From an uncultured Nitrososphaerota archaeon (GTDB lineage: Archaea > Korarchaeota > Korarchaeia > Korarchaeales > Korarchaeaceae), in contig CAYZRF010000025.1 in the NCBI GenBank assembly GCA_964480775.1, forward strand, positions 1 to 25,158: a stretch of DNA of 25,158 nucleotides, read 5' to 3'. This document shows, piece after piece, positions 1 to 7,560 of the stretch (position 1 is its first letter; the number at the start of each line of letters is the position of its first letter). A program made the position numbers and the translations under genes. The notes below the pieces were generated by a model. That model saw nothing but the letters and a program-made list of their open reading frames with translations. It was not told the DNA's origin and searched no databases.

Positions 1-1
1 T

Positions 2-433
2 GGGAGTCTTACTGAAGACGAAAAAGAGGAATGGAAAAAGCTAATCAAAGAGTTCAAATCAGATAGATGGACGTACAAGAAGGAATTTGAACATGAAAAG
101 CTCTTAGAAATCATAACTGGAAAGTGCACTAAAGTTTCTGAGGATGTACAGGTTTGTGAGGTAACCTATAAAGCAGAGAAACTTCTTAGGATAATTATAG
201 AGGTTTCTCAAGGTAGAATAACCGATGTAGTCATCTCTGGAGATTTCTTTATGGAGCCTTACACAGCATTGAGGCTATTGGAGAAAGAAATAGTTGGAGC
301 TAAATTAGAAAGGAACGAGATCTCAGAAAGAGTAAAATCCTTCTTTGAGAAGGTTGGAGTAAGGTTGGTAGGGGCTAAACCTGAGGACTTAGTTGAGGCA
401 TTAATGAAAGCTAGCGAGAGACCTCACCTATAA
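2..433 (+). CDS. lplA: Lipoate-protein ligase A, C-terminal part (5'-truncated by the window edge)
   Basis: The frame is open from position 2 with no stop until TAA at 431..433. The translation GSLTEDEKEEWKKLIKEFKSDRWTYKKEF...VVISGDFFMEPYTALRLLEKEIVG resembles the end of the LplA catalytic domain plus the lipoate-ligase C-terminal domain (SxxW..Y and GDFF..P...L...L.G patterns). Recognised from memory only. Confidence 0.6.
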   Translation, partial: GSLTEDEKEEWKKLIKEFKSDRWTYKKEFEHEKLLEIITGKCTKVSEDVQVCEVTYKAEKLLRIIIEVSQGRITDVVISGDFFMEPYTALRLLEKEIVGAKLERNEISERVKSFFEKVGVRLVGAKPEDLVEALMKASERPHL

Positions 434-768
434 AATCCATGCTTCGATCTCTTATATGCTAAAAGAAATTCATTGGCAAATCTGTTAGCGTGTTTTTCGG
501 TTCCTCTGTGCTTACCAAACATTATTCTAATGTGATGGTAAAACTCGTGTAAGATCACGTAAGGATTAGTATATAAATCGCCATCGGACAAATATATGGT
601 CCTATCTTTTGCTGAGTATACAGCAAGTGCCTTAGAATGGCCTTTAACATGTTTTATCTTTATCTTTGGCTTATCAACTTCAAACTCCATTGCAAGCATT
701 CCTATCGCTTCCTCTGCCTTTCCCTCTAGAATTAACTCTACAATCCTAGCTCTGTATTCATCATCCAT
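424..768 (-). CDS. Small putative zinc metallopeptidase (HExxH motif, SprT/YgjP-like layout)
   Basis: 114-aa ORF with an ATG start. It has an HEFYH motif (ILHEFYHHIRIMFGKHRGTEKH) preceded by a 'KIKIKHVKG..ALAVYSAKDRTIYLS' segment, as in minimal HExxH peptidases. It overlaps the lplA 3' end by 10 nt in convergent orientation. Confidence 0.5.
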   Translation of the reverse strand: MDDEYRARIVELILEGKAEEAIGMLAMEFEVDKPKIKIKHVKGHSKALAVYSAKDRTIYLSDGDLYTNPYVILHEFYHHIRIMFGKHRGTEKHANRFANEFLLAYKRSKHGFYR

Positions 769-887
769 TTTAATTCTCCGAGCGTAATTTGTTGGTTATT
801 CCAGTTCAATTCATAATAAATATCTTCAAACGATAAGGATGTTCATAGGTAGCGAGTTGATCTCTATATGGGTGGCTATTAGATCCT

Positions 888-1447
888 TTAATCTCCTGAG
901 CCCGGAAGAAATATCTTGTTAATGAATCTAATGAGTTCTGGTCCTATTATGGAAAATAAAGCAGCATTTGAAAGCATGTGAACCAACGAAAAAGGAATTC
1001 CAGCTAGAAAAGTTGCACTTAGAGGCATGTTAAATGTCAGTGCAAATGCGATGTTTGTGATGAGGTCATAGAAAATGGTACAAGTCAAGCCAAGCAAAGC
1101 CAGTTCTGGCCTTCCTACTCGTGAAATATGTTTCTCAAGATTCCGCCCGAGATCCCATATACGGTTTCAGCTAGCGTAGTTGCTATCAAAATTGTGGGAA
1201 TCCAACCTTAGGGGTTGAGAAAACCATATACAACCCAACTTAAAGCTCCCACCAAGGCCCCGTCCAAAGTTCCGGATATAAACCCTCCAATAAAGACTAG
1301 TAAGTCCATTAACTTGACATTAGGTATCCATACCATGGCATAATTGGAAGAAACTGAAAGAGCTACTAAAACGGCTATCAGTGAAGCCCTGATAGATGTG
1401 TTTATGGTTTTGGAAGAGGGCTTTGTGAAGTATCCTCGTAATACCAA
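888..1447 (-). pseudogene. ECF-transporter S-component-like membrane protein, disrupted by an in-frame TAA and a frameshift
   Basis: Two hydrophobic ORFs (1208..1447 and 888..1097) lie in different frames. After the TAA at 1208..1210 the same frame continues as GWIPTILIATTLAETVYGISGGILRNIFHE and then hits TAG. The downstream ORF frame reads ...ISRVGRPELALLGLTCTIFYDL. Joined, the three pieces give a single plausible multi-TM S-component (NVKLMDLLVFIGG...YGFLNP*GWIP...). Confidence 0.5.
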
Positions 1448-1848
1448 AGCAAAACCTCCTTCTCGCTAACCACATACTTGTCAGCAGCTACCGGGCCTTC
1501 GACCCAACCCTCCCAATCTGTCCACATCCACCACATCCAATAGAACGGGTTTTCATTCTTTACACCATTTATTGACTCTACAAGAACGCCCATTCCGGGG
1601 TATACTGTGTAATTTACGTCTGCTATGCCTGTGGTCACGTCGAGTAATGTTGAACCAGAACGAACTTTGGTGTTGTTATACCATTTTGTGGTTCCATTCC
1701 AATACTTTATTCCTATGTTTACTTCGATAATTTTTCCTGACAAGGTTCTTTTAGCTTCTTTAAGCTGATAATGGGCATATATAGCTAGCAAACTTGAAGA
1801 AATAGCCCATATTAACAATAACGCGCTAAGTAGGGGTATTCTATTCAT
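1402..1848 (-). CDS. Membrane-anchored DUF4430 (transcobalamin-like) domain protein
   Basis: Internal ATG at 1846..1848 of the 315-aa track ORF. It encodes an N-terminal TM helix (MNRIPLLSALLLIWAISSSLLAIY) followed by STLLDVT...GVLVESINGVKNENPFYWMWWMW...YVVSEKEVLLWYYE, the DUF4430 pattern. The part of the track ORF upstream of 1848 is antisense to a better-supported gene. Confidence 0.6.
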   Translation of the reverse strand: MNRIPLLSALLLIWAISSSLLAIYAHYQLKEAKRTLSGKIIEVNIGIKYWNGTTKWYNNTKVRSGSTLLDVTTGIADVNYTVYPGMGVLVESINGVKNENPFYWMWWMWTDWEGWVEGPVAADKYVVSEKEVLLWYYEDTSQSPLPKP

Positions 1849-1872
1849 TGGTTGGATTATCCATCCAACATG

Positions 1873-1880
1873 TTTTAAAG
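1873..1880. promoter_or_regulatory. Shared, near-palindromic TATA element (TTTTAAAG / CTTTAAAA) between divergent genes
   Basis: This is the only TATA-like element in the 61-nt gap 1849..1909. Its centre is about 28 nt from the minus-strand ATG (1848) and about 33 nt from the plus-strand ATG (1910). Confidence 0.35.
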
Positions 1881-1909
1881 TTTTTTCACGACCTATAGTC
1901 TTGCTAAGA

Positions 1910-2557
1910 ATGGAAGATGTCTTCAAAGCAGTTAAGCAGCTTAGATATTTCCTAAAAGCTATTAAACCCGGGATTGGACCTTCTCCAAAATTCACACCCT
2001 CGCATGTGCTCATGTGCCTATACATTATTTCAGAAAAACAGCCGATCGGTAGGAAAAAGCTATCAGCCGAATTGGGAATCGGTGAAGGAAGCGCAAGAAG
2101 TCTGTTAGCTAAATTAAAGAATGCGGGACTGTTAGAAATATCTAAAAAAGGACTTAGGCTAAGTGAACAGGGAGAAGAATTTCTTAAGAGGCTTAAAATC
2201 ATAATGAGCCCCCCAAAACGTGTTGACGTCAGGAGCATAGCTGTTGGTAGATCATCTGTAGCTATCTTGGTAAGAGGAGCAGCCAATAAGGTCAGTAATG
2301 GTATGAGAGTTAGAGATGCGGCAGTTAAACTTGGGGCTGCCGGCGCCACTACATTAGTATTTGTGGAAGGTAAACTAAGAATACCCGGAGTTAGTCAAAA
2401 TGTCAAGATAGACTATCCTGAGGAAGCGGGACTTTTATTTGATGAATTAAGACCAAAAGAAGGAGATGTCATCATATTGGGAACAGCTGAGCGGCTGAGA
2501 GATGCTGGGCTCGGAGCCATAGCCGGTGCTCTTTCTTTATTGAACCTAAGTTGGTAA
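1910..2557 (+). CDS. Winged-helix regulator-like protein (resembles the archaeal DUF4443 family)
   Basis: ATG at 1910; the track start at 1901 is a TTG. wHTH-like segment: PIGRKKLSAELGIGEGSARSLLAKLKNAGLLEISKKGLRLSEQGEEFL. The C-terminal domain reads VAILVRGAANKVSNGMRVRDAAVKLGAAGATTLVF. The family name is recalled, not searched. Confidence 0.6.
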   Translation: MEDVFKAVKQLRYFLKAIKPGIGPSPKFTPSHVLMCLYIISEKQPIGRKKLSAELGIGEGSARSLLAKLKNAGLLEISKKGLRLSEQGEEFLKRLKIIMSPPKRVDVRSIAVGRSSVAILVRGAANKVSNGMRVRDAAVKLGAAGATTLVFVEGKLRIPGVSQNVKIDYPEEAGLLFDELRPKEGDVIILGTAERLRDAGLGAIAGALSLLNLSW

Positions 2558-2655
2558 GACCTAAAATCATGACAGAATCTCACCTAAGAAGATGGAAACA
2601 CCTTTCAATATTACCTATATTAAGTCCTTTCTAGCAAGAAATCATGACCAAGCTG

Positions 2656-3531
2656 TTAAAAGCTGATAACCATCCCTGATCTTGTCCTATGAACGACATC
2701 CGCAAAAGTAGACTTGAATATTCTTATCGCTTTCTCTCCTGTACAGTGACCTATGTAAAACTCCTCAATTCCAAGTTTAGCAAGTTCCTCTACCGTTCTT
2801 GAAATCCTCTTCTCACTAACTGCTATCAGATGAAGTCCTCCGATCAACGCTCTAACCCTTGAAATTCCAGTAACAGATATGGCGTTTTTAACGGTGTTTA
2901 CAACTCCTCTATGTGAGCAACCGCTTATCACTATCAATTTTCCTCTTAAATTAATTATCAAAGACAGTTCTTCTTCCATTTCGTCCTGAACCATGCTAGG
3001 AGGGATTCTATACTTTGGAGGGGGGGCCTCGAACTCAGTAACTAAAGGGATCTTCCCTGAAAGAAAGATTCCTGGCGCAAACTCTATAGGAGCCCAGATA
3101 GGAGTTAACATGCCCTTTAACTCAGTAATCTTCCTTTTGAGGAACGGCATTCTTGTGGTGTGTCTTAGGTATGGATCAATAGCTATGCTTGGTTTAAAGA
3201 ACTTTTGTCCATGTAATACGTATATCCAGTTATCTCTTGTCCTTAAGATCTCTAAAAGGCCACCAGTGTGATCCCAGTGCTTATGTGACAGGACTATGTA
3301 CGAAAGCTTTGAGAGATCCAGATTCATCTTTTCTGCATTTGATAGAACCTTTTTTCCTGTAATTGATGTGTCAAATAGGATATTTAGGTCTCTTTTTGGA
3401 TAGTGTGCCCTAACTAGAATAGATAGACCCTTTTCCTTTTGTAACTCGTGGGATTCGACTTCATCGTCCATAACTATGAAAATATCGACTCCTTCTAATT
3501 CAGGTTGCGAGGACACGATGAACAAACACAT
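2656..3531 (-). CDS. Metallo-beta-lactamase-fold protein, COG1237 / MJ0301-like family
   Basis: HxHxDH motif (SHKHWDHTGG) and the family-typical ISGCSHRGVVN and GGLHL motifs. The first ATG is at 3531; the longer track ORF starts at a TTG at 3561. Confidence 0.75.
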   Translation of the reverse strand: MCLFIVSSQPELEGVDIFIVMDDEVESHELQKEKGLSILVRAHYPKRDLNILFDTSITGKKVLSNAEKMNLDLSKLSYIVLSHKHWDHTGGLLEILRTRDNWIYVLHGQKFFKPSIAIDPYLRHTTRMPFLKRKITELKGMLTPIWAPIEFAPGIFLSGKIPLVTEFEAPPPKYRIPPSMVQDEMEEELSLIINLRGKLIVISGCSHRGVVNTVKNAISVTGISRVRALIGGLHLIAVSEKRISRTVEELAKLGIEEFYIGHCTGEKAIRIFKSTFADVVHRTRSGMVISF

Positions 3532-3620
3532 AGGTAAAATTTTAACCAATCGTTTTGGCAATTGTCAATTTAGGGATTCTTGAGCATTTAACTGGTGTTT
3601 GTATGAGACTAGATAACGAA

Positions 3621-4151
3621 ATGAAAAGTGTTGTAGTTGCTTTAGGATCTACTAATCCTGTTAAGAAAGAGTCAACGGAAAGAGCCTTTAAGAAGGTTTT
3701 TGGTGATGTCAATATAATTCCTGTTGAGGTAGATCCTGGAGTACCACCTCAGCCAGTTGGGGAGCAGGCCGCAATTGGGGCTTTGAATAGGGCCTTAGCT
3801 GCCTTGAAATATGTTCCTGAGGCCAAATTTGGCGTTGGGATTGAAGGAGGTCTCTTCATTTTTTCAGAAAGATATTACCTTGCAGGGTTTGTTGCAATCA
3901 TTGATAGATCTGCAAAAATATCAACAGGGATGTCTGGATGGTTTGAATGCCCAAAGGCCTTCGTTTCTAGGCTCTTGAAAGGTGAAGAGCTTGGAGACCT
4001 TATGGATGAGCTAACTGGTCTTAAAGATACAAAGAAGAAGGAGGGTGCTATAGGCTTCTTTACTCGAGGAATTGTAAACAGGAGCGATCTTTATGAGTAT
4101 GGCGTTCTTATGGCTTTAACAAAATTTATTTCACCTATTTGGCCTGAGTAA
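3621..4151 (+). CDS. Inosine/xanthosine triphosphatase (YjjX / COG1986 NTPase family)
   Basis: MKSVVVALGSTNPVKKESTERAFKKVF...PPQPVGEQAAIGALNRA...GVGIEGG is the typical YjjX-like N-terminus and core. Alternative starts are the ATG at 3603 and the track start at 3555. Confidence 0.7.
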   Translation: MKSVVVALGSTNPVKKESTERAFKKVFGDVNIIPVEVDPGVPPQPVGEQAAIGALNRALAALKYVPEAKFGVGIEGGLFIFSERYYLAGFVAIIDRSAKISTGMSGWFECPKAFVSRLLKGEELGDLMDELTGLKDTKKKEGAIGFFTRGIVNRSDLYEYGVLMALTKFISPIWPE

Positions 4152-4428
4152 GTTGAGTTTCGCAATTATTTCTCACCGATAAAAGGGATAATACTGCTTA
4201 TTGAGAGTTATGTGTAGGTAATTTCAAGCCAAAAAGTCAGCTTTCCCTTAAGTTCACCTTTGATCTCGTCCTACAGCTCTCCAACCAATTGAACAAGTTT
4301 ATTATCCTTATATCGCTCATTCCACTATTAATTTAGCTTTTGTAAAAGGATGTTTCTATTTGTTAATACTGAGCATTCCGCTAAAGCTATGAACACATTA
4401 ACTCTTTAAGAGAACTTTTATCAAACTT

Positions 4429-5259
4429 TTGGATAATTTAATTGATAGCACCTTGGAAAAAATAGAACGCCTCTCTACTGGGATCAGAAAGCTAGATGAG
4501 ATGCTAAGCGGAGGAATACCTAAAGGCTTTTTTGTAGCCGTTGCAGGCGAACCTGGAACAGGCAAAACTGTGTTAGGTCTTCATTTCTCTTGGCAAGGAG
4601 TTAAGGATGGAGATAAAGTCATTTATGTTACGACTGAGGAGTCAAGGGATTCCGTGATAAAGCAAGCATCTGAATTTGGGATGGATCTTGAGTCCGCAGT
4701 ATCTGAGGGAGCGGCCATAGTCATAGACGCACTCATGGGTTCTGACAAGTGGACTCTTACGAGCTTGGATCCTGAACAACTTGTTCAGAAGGTAATTGAG
4801 GCAAAGAAAGTCTTAGGATATGGAAGAGCAAGACTTGTGGTTGATAGTATGAGCGCATTTTGGCTAGACAGACCAGCAATGGCCAGGAAATACAGTTATT
4901 ACATGAAAAAGGTTCTCTACAAATGGGACTTCACAGTTCTAGCTACCACCCAATATGCAATTACAACGGCATCTGCCTTTGGATTTGGGCTGGAACACAT
5001 CGCAGATGGGATAATAAGGTTTAGGAGAGCGGTAAGAAATGGCGTCTTGAAAAGATACCTTCTAATTGAGAAAATGAGGCAGACTCCTCATGACCTAAGG
5101 ATGTACGAGATCATGATAGTCGATGGGAAAGGTTTGGTAATACTTAGACCTACATCAGAAAGGGTAGAAGATGTTGCTCTGCCAAGGAGTGTTACTAGGA
5201 GAATAGTTGAAGCTCAAAAAAGGGCTGAAGAAGAAATTCCAGATAGTAGTCAGGAATAA
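4429..5259 (+). CDS. KaiC-like single-domain RecA-superfamily ATPase (COG0467)
   Basis: RLSTGIRKLDEMLSGGIPKG, then Walker A GEPGTGKT, Walker B-like RLVVDSMS, and a KaiC-family C-terminal part (LLIEKMRQTPHDLRMYEIMI). The start appears to be the TTG at 4429; there is no upstream in-frame ATG. Confidence 0.8.
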   Translation: MDNLIDSTLEKIERLSTGIRKLDEMLSGGIPKGFFVAVAGEPGTGKTVLGLHFSWQGVKDGDKVIYVTTEESRDSVIKQASEFGMDLESAVSEGAAIVIDALMGSDKWTLTSLDPEQLVQKVIEAKKVLGYGRARLVVDSMSAFWLDRPAMARKYSYYMKKVLYKWDFTVLATTQYAITTASAFGFGLEHIADGIIRFRRAVRNGVLKRYLLIEKMRQTPHDLRMYEIMIVDGKGLVILRPTSERVEDVALPRSVTRRIVEAQKRAEEEIPDSSQE

Positions 5260-5392
5260 AGCTCCAGTCAAGACTCCAGTTTGAGGCGCTGTCCATATTC
5301 AATTTCCAAAAGATATCTTCCATGCGGCATAAAGAACTGATATTTTTATATCCTCGGAGGAAATTCCAGATTGAACCCTTATTCCATAGGTG

Positions 5393-6088
5393 ATGAAAAT
5401 GCAAGAACTTACTAAGGATACAGATGGATTTGTCTCTAGGCACATAAACAGAAAGTTTTCTACCAAGATAAGCCTCTTCCTAGTAAACTCTGGAGCTAGA
5501 ATATCTCCTACTGGCATGACAGTGATAAGCTTCTTTATCTCAATTCTAAGCGCAGCCCTCTTTTGCTTAGATAAGCCTCTTCTTGGGGGAATTTCTGCTC
5601 AGCTCTCAAGCATCTTAGATGGCTGTGATGGAGAAATAGCTAGACTCACTAACAGAGCGTCTAGGAAAGGAGAGATACTGGATTCTATCCTAGACAGACT
5701 GGGTGACGGTGCGATAATCATGGGTATAACAGTGCTTGCATACAGGTACTCTCATCTCTGGAAAAACATACTTTATGGCATTGATTTCGGAATTATAGTA
5801 ATAATCCTCGGCTTTCTAGCTCTAATGGGATCCTTTAACATAAGCTATTCAGCATCTAAGCTAAAAGCAAGTGCTGGTCTTGAATACAGAAGAATCTGGG
5901 CAGGAAGGGACATTAGATTGTTCTTAACGATGCTATCAGGGATTTTCGCAGAATTTTTCCCAAGGTCTTTGCTTATATTCCTTCTTCTGATGATTCTTCT
6001 TACATTCTATGAGTTGGCTTATAGAATCCATAAACTGGATTACGTGGAAGAACTCCTCAAGAGAGGTGAAAAAAGACTAGTTACTTAA
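5393..6088 (+). CDS. CDP-alcohol phosphatidyltransferase family protein
   Basis: Signature D-G-x2-A-R-x8-G-x3-D-x3-D, seen as LDGCDGEIARLTNRASRKGEILDSILDRLGD. Multi-TM protein. ATG at 5393, immediately preceded by a GTG at 5390. TATA-like TATTTTTATA at 5341..5350. Confidence 0.8.
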   Translation: MKMQELTKDTDGFVSRHINRKFSTKISLFLVNSGARISPTGMTVISFFISILSAALFCLDKPLLGGISAQLSSILDGCDGEIARLTNRASRKGEILDSILDRLGDGAIIMGITVLAYRYSHLWKNILYGIDFGIIVIILGFLALMGSFNISYSASKLKASAGLEYRRIWAGRDIRLFLTMLSGIFAEFFPRSLLIFLLLMILLTFYELAYRIHKLDYVEELLKRGEKRLVT

Positions 6089-6101
6089 TGCTGAAGGTAC
6101 G

Positions 6102-6118
6102 TCTTCTTTTTTCCTTTT
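6102..6118 (+). terminator. Oligo-T tract downstream of the CDP-alcohol phosphatidyltransferase gene
   Basis: TCTTCTTTTTTCCTTTT starts 14 nt after the stop codon. Archaeal termination typically occurs at T-runs. Confidence 0.35.
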
Positions 6119-6138
6119 ATACTGATTAAGTGGTTTTC

Positions 6139-6672
6139 TCAACCTATTTTTATTAAATCCTCAATTTTTGACAAGGATTTCTCTATATCTTTCCAGTCCC
6201 ATTCCTCGAACTTCAGATCTCCGAGTTTATTCCTAAGTTCTTCCATGAAGATCCCGCTTTTCTTTGCTTTATTGTACTCTTTAGCCTCATATGGGGGACC
6301 TATCCAGCTTTCTGAAGACCCTGATTCAGTAACCCCACAAGAAGGACTACCTTTTATGCCAATAATCCCGATTATATCATAACCATTTCTAATATATTCT
6401 CTAACAAGATTTTCAATCTCTGAAGCCAGTCTCCTACAATAATTCCTAAATCCAGGATTATCAAATTGTTCTCTTACCCCCCAAAATCTTCTTAAGCCAT
6501 AATAACAAGTTTCGGGGCATGGTAGTTGAACGATGCCTATTCCTTCTCCAATGACAGCTTGTAGCAGCTCTTCAACTGGTCCTCTTCTTCTAGCTAGCCC
6601 CATAACCACAGAATTTTGATTTAACAAACAATGAGCGAGGAAAATGATCTTTTTAGATCTAAGATCTTTCAT
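6139..6672 (-). CDS. DUF523/TudS-related putative [4Fe-4S] desulfidase-like protein
   Basis: Three conserved-looking Cys contexts, IFLAHCLLNQNS, VQLPCPETCYYG and KGSPSCGV, match the layout of TudS-related proteins as I recall it. Confidence 0.55.
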   Translation of the reverse strand: MKDLRSKKIIFLAHCLLNQNSVVMGLARRRGPVEELLQAVIGEGIGIVQLPCPETCYYGLRRFWGVREQFDNPGFRNYCRRLASEIENLVREYIRNGYDIIGIIGIKGSPSCGVTESGSSESWIGPPYEAKEYNKAKKSGIFMEELRNKLGDLKFEEWDWKDIEKSLSKIEDLIKIG

Positions 6673-6726
6673 TGGAACTCAGAACTCACATACTTGTATA
6701 GAATAAAGCCATATCGCATGGACTCT

Positions 6727-6734
6727 TTTATAAA
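6727..6734 (+). promoter_or_regulatory. TATA box (TTTATAAA) for the dolichol-kinase-like gene
   Basis: A consensus archaeal TATA followed by GG, ending 34 nt upstream of the ATG at 6768. This favours 6768 over the TTG at 6750 as the start. Confidence 0.4.
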
Positions 6735-6767
6735 GGAAAACATGATGTTTTGATTTTGAAGGAAAGA

Positions 6768-7457
6768 ATGCTAACGTATGGCGATGTTCTAAGGAAGGTA
6801 GTACACTTTTTGCTGATCGTTGCTTTAGCAATGCCACTATATTGGAGGGAGATTGTAGAAACAATCTTTCAAAAACCATACCCACCGGAAATAAGGGCTT
6901 TTGCAGATCCCGAGGTAATATATGCAACAGTAGTTATAGGTGCAGCATTCTTCAATGCATTCAGGATAAGAAGTCCCATTCCAAGGGAAAAGCTCCTCGA
7001 ATTCAGAAAAAAGGCTGCTGAGATCGGACCCTTTGGGAAAAAAATAGAAGAACTCTTGGAAACAATGGACTCTCTTATCAACACAATGCAGCGAGAGTAT
7101 GAAAAGAGAGCGGGCTATTTAGGCTTAGTTTATGGCACCATTGGAGTTTTTACTGCATACACCTTGTTTGGATACGAGGTTGTATACGGCATAGCCGCGA
7201 TGGCCACGACGGATATTTTTTCTTCTTTGGTGGGAATGGCTTTCGGTAAAAGGAAGATTCCTTTCTCCAACGGCACACTAGAAGGCATGGTCGCTGGCTT
7301 TTTCTCGTTCTTCCTCCCCCTCCTTTTGGTTGAGCCCATGTGGCGAGCATTAATAATAGCTTTGTCCGCTTCTTTTGCTGAAATTTATGGAGTCGAGGAT
7401 AATCTTTCAATTCCTGTTTTCGTATCCTTCGTATCTTGGCTTCTAAGGAATTTTTAG
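6768..7457 (+). CDS. Dolichol kinase / phosphatidate cytidylyltransferase-family membrane protein (COG0170-like)
   Basis: Multi-TM protein with SSLVGMAFGKRKIPFSNGTLEGMVAGFF and SFAEIYGVEDNLSIP, the C-terminal signature region of the CTP-dependent polyprenol kinase / CdsA family. The track ORF starts at a TTG at 6750. Confidence 0.6.
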   Translation: MLTYGDVLRKVVHFLLIVALAMPLYWREIVETIFQKPYPPEIRAFADPEVIYATVVIGAAFFNAFRIRSPIPREKLLEFRKKAAEIGPFGKKIEELLETMDSLINTMQREYEKRAGYLGLVYGTIGVFTAYTLFGYEVVYGIAAMATTDIFSSLVGMAFGKRKIPFSNGTLEGMVAGFFSFFLPLLLVEPMWRALIIALSASFAEIYGVEDNLSIPVFVSFVSWLLRNF

Positions 7458-7486
7458 GATCAGAAATTGAACTTCGCTAATCAATA

Positions 7487-7495
7487 TTTCTTTTT
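7487..7495 (+). terminator. Oligo-T tract (TTTCTTTTT) downstream of the dolichol-kinase-like gene
   Basis: T-rich run 30 nt after the stop. A second T6 run lies at 7521..7526. Confidence 0.3.
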
Positions 7496-7560
7496 GATGT
7501 AACTGCCTACGTCAGACTTATTTTTTATTGAAGCGCGCTTAATGATTAGTAGGTGTACGT

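Noticed and set aside
1208-1210. The in-frame TAA in the S-component gene as evidence of stop-codon reassignment or readthrough
   Set aside because: TAA clearly terminates other well-defined genes in this window, for example lplA at 431..433. A second lesion, a frameshift, occurs 80 nt downstream in the same gene. Pseudogenisation or sequence error is more parsimonious.
1849-2349. N-terminal 167 codons of the 315-aa minus-strand track ORF (1402..2349)
   Set aside because: The translation is low-complexity and Leu/Ser/Pro/Ala-rich. It is exactly antisense to the well-formed wHTH gene 1910..2557. The recognisable DUF4430 protein begins at the internal ATG at 1848 with its own TM anchor. This is a shadow ORF extension.
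2564-2648. 10-nt direct repeat AAATCATGAC (2564..2573 and 2639..2648) in the convergent gap between the wHTH and metallo-beta-lactamase-fold genes
   Set aside because: It is a single pair of short repeats in AT-rich DNA. No mobile-element gene or target-site-duplication context lies between them. This is compatible with chance.
5195-5517. Two overlapping minus-strand ORFs (82 and 72 aa) spanning the gap between the KaiC-like and CDP-alcohol phosphatidyltransferase genes
   Set aside because: They overlap the ends of two well-supported plus-strand genes and their promoter region. Their translations have no recognisable features. Probably spurious.
7487-7560. A possible C/D-box sRNA (TGATGT ... 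GTCAGA ... AATGATT) in the gap before the 399-aa ORF
   Set aside because: The boxes deviate from RUGAUGA/CUGA. There is no properly spaced C'/D' pair and no terminal stem. The T-runs are better explained as terminator and promoter elements.
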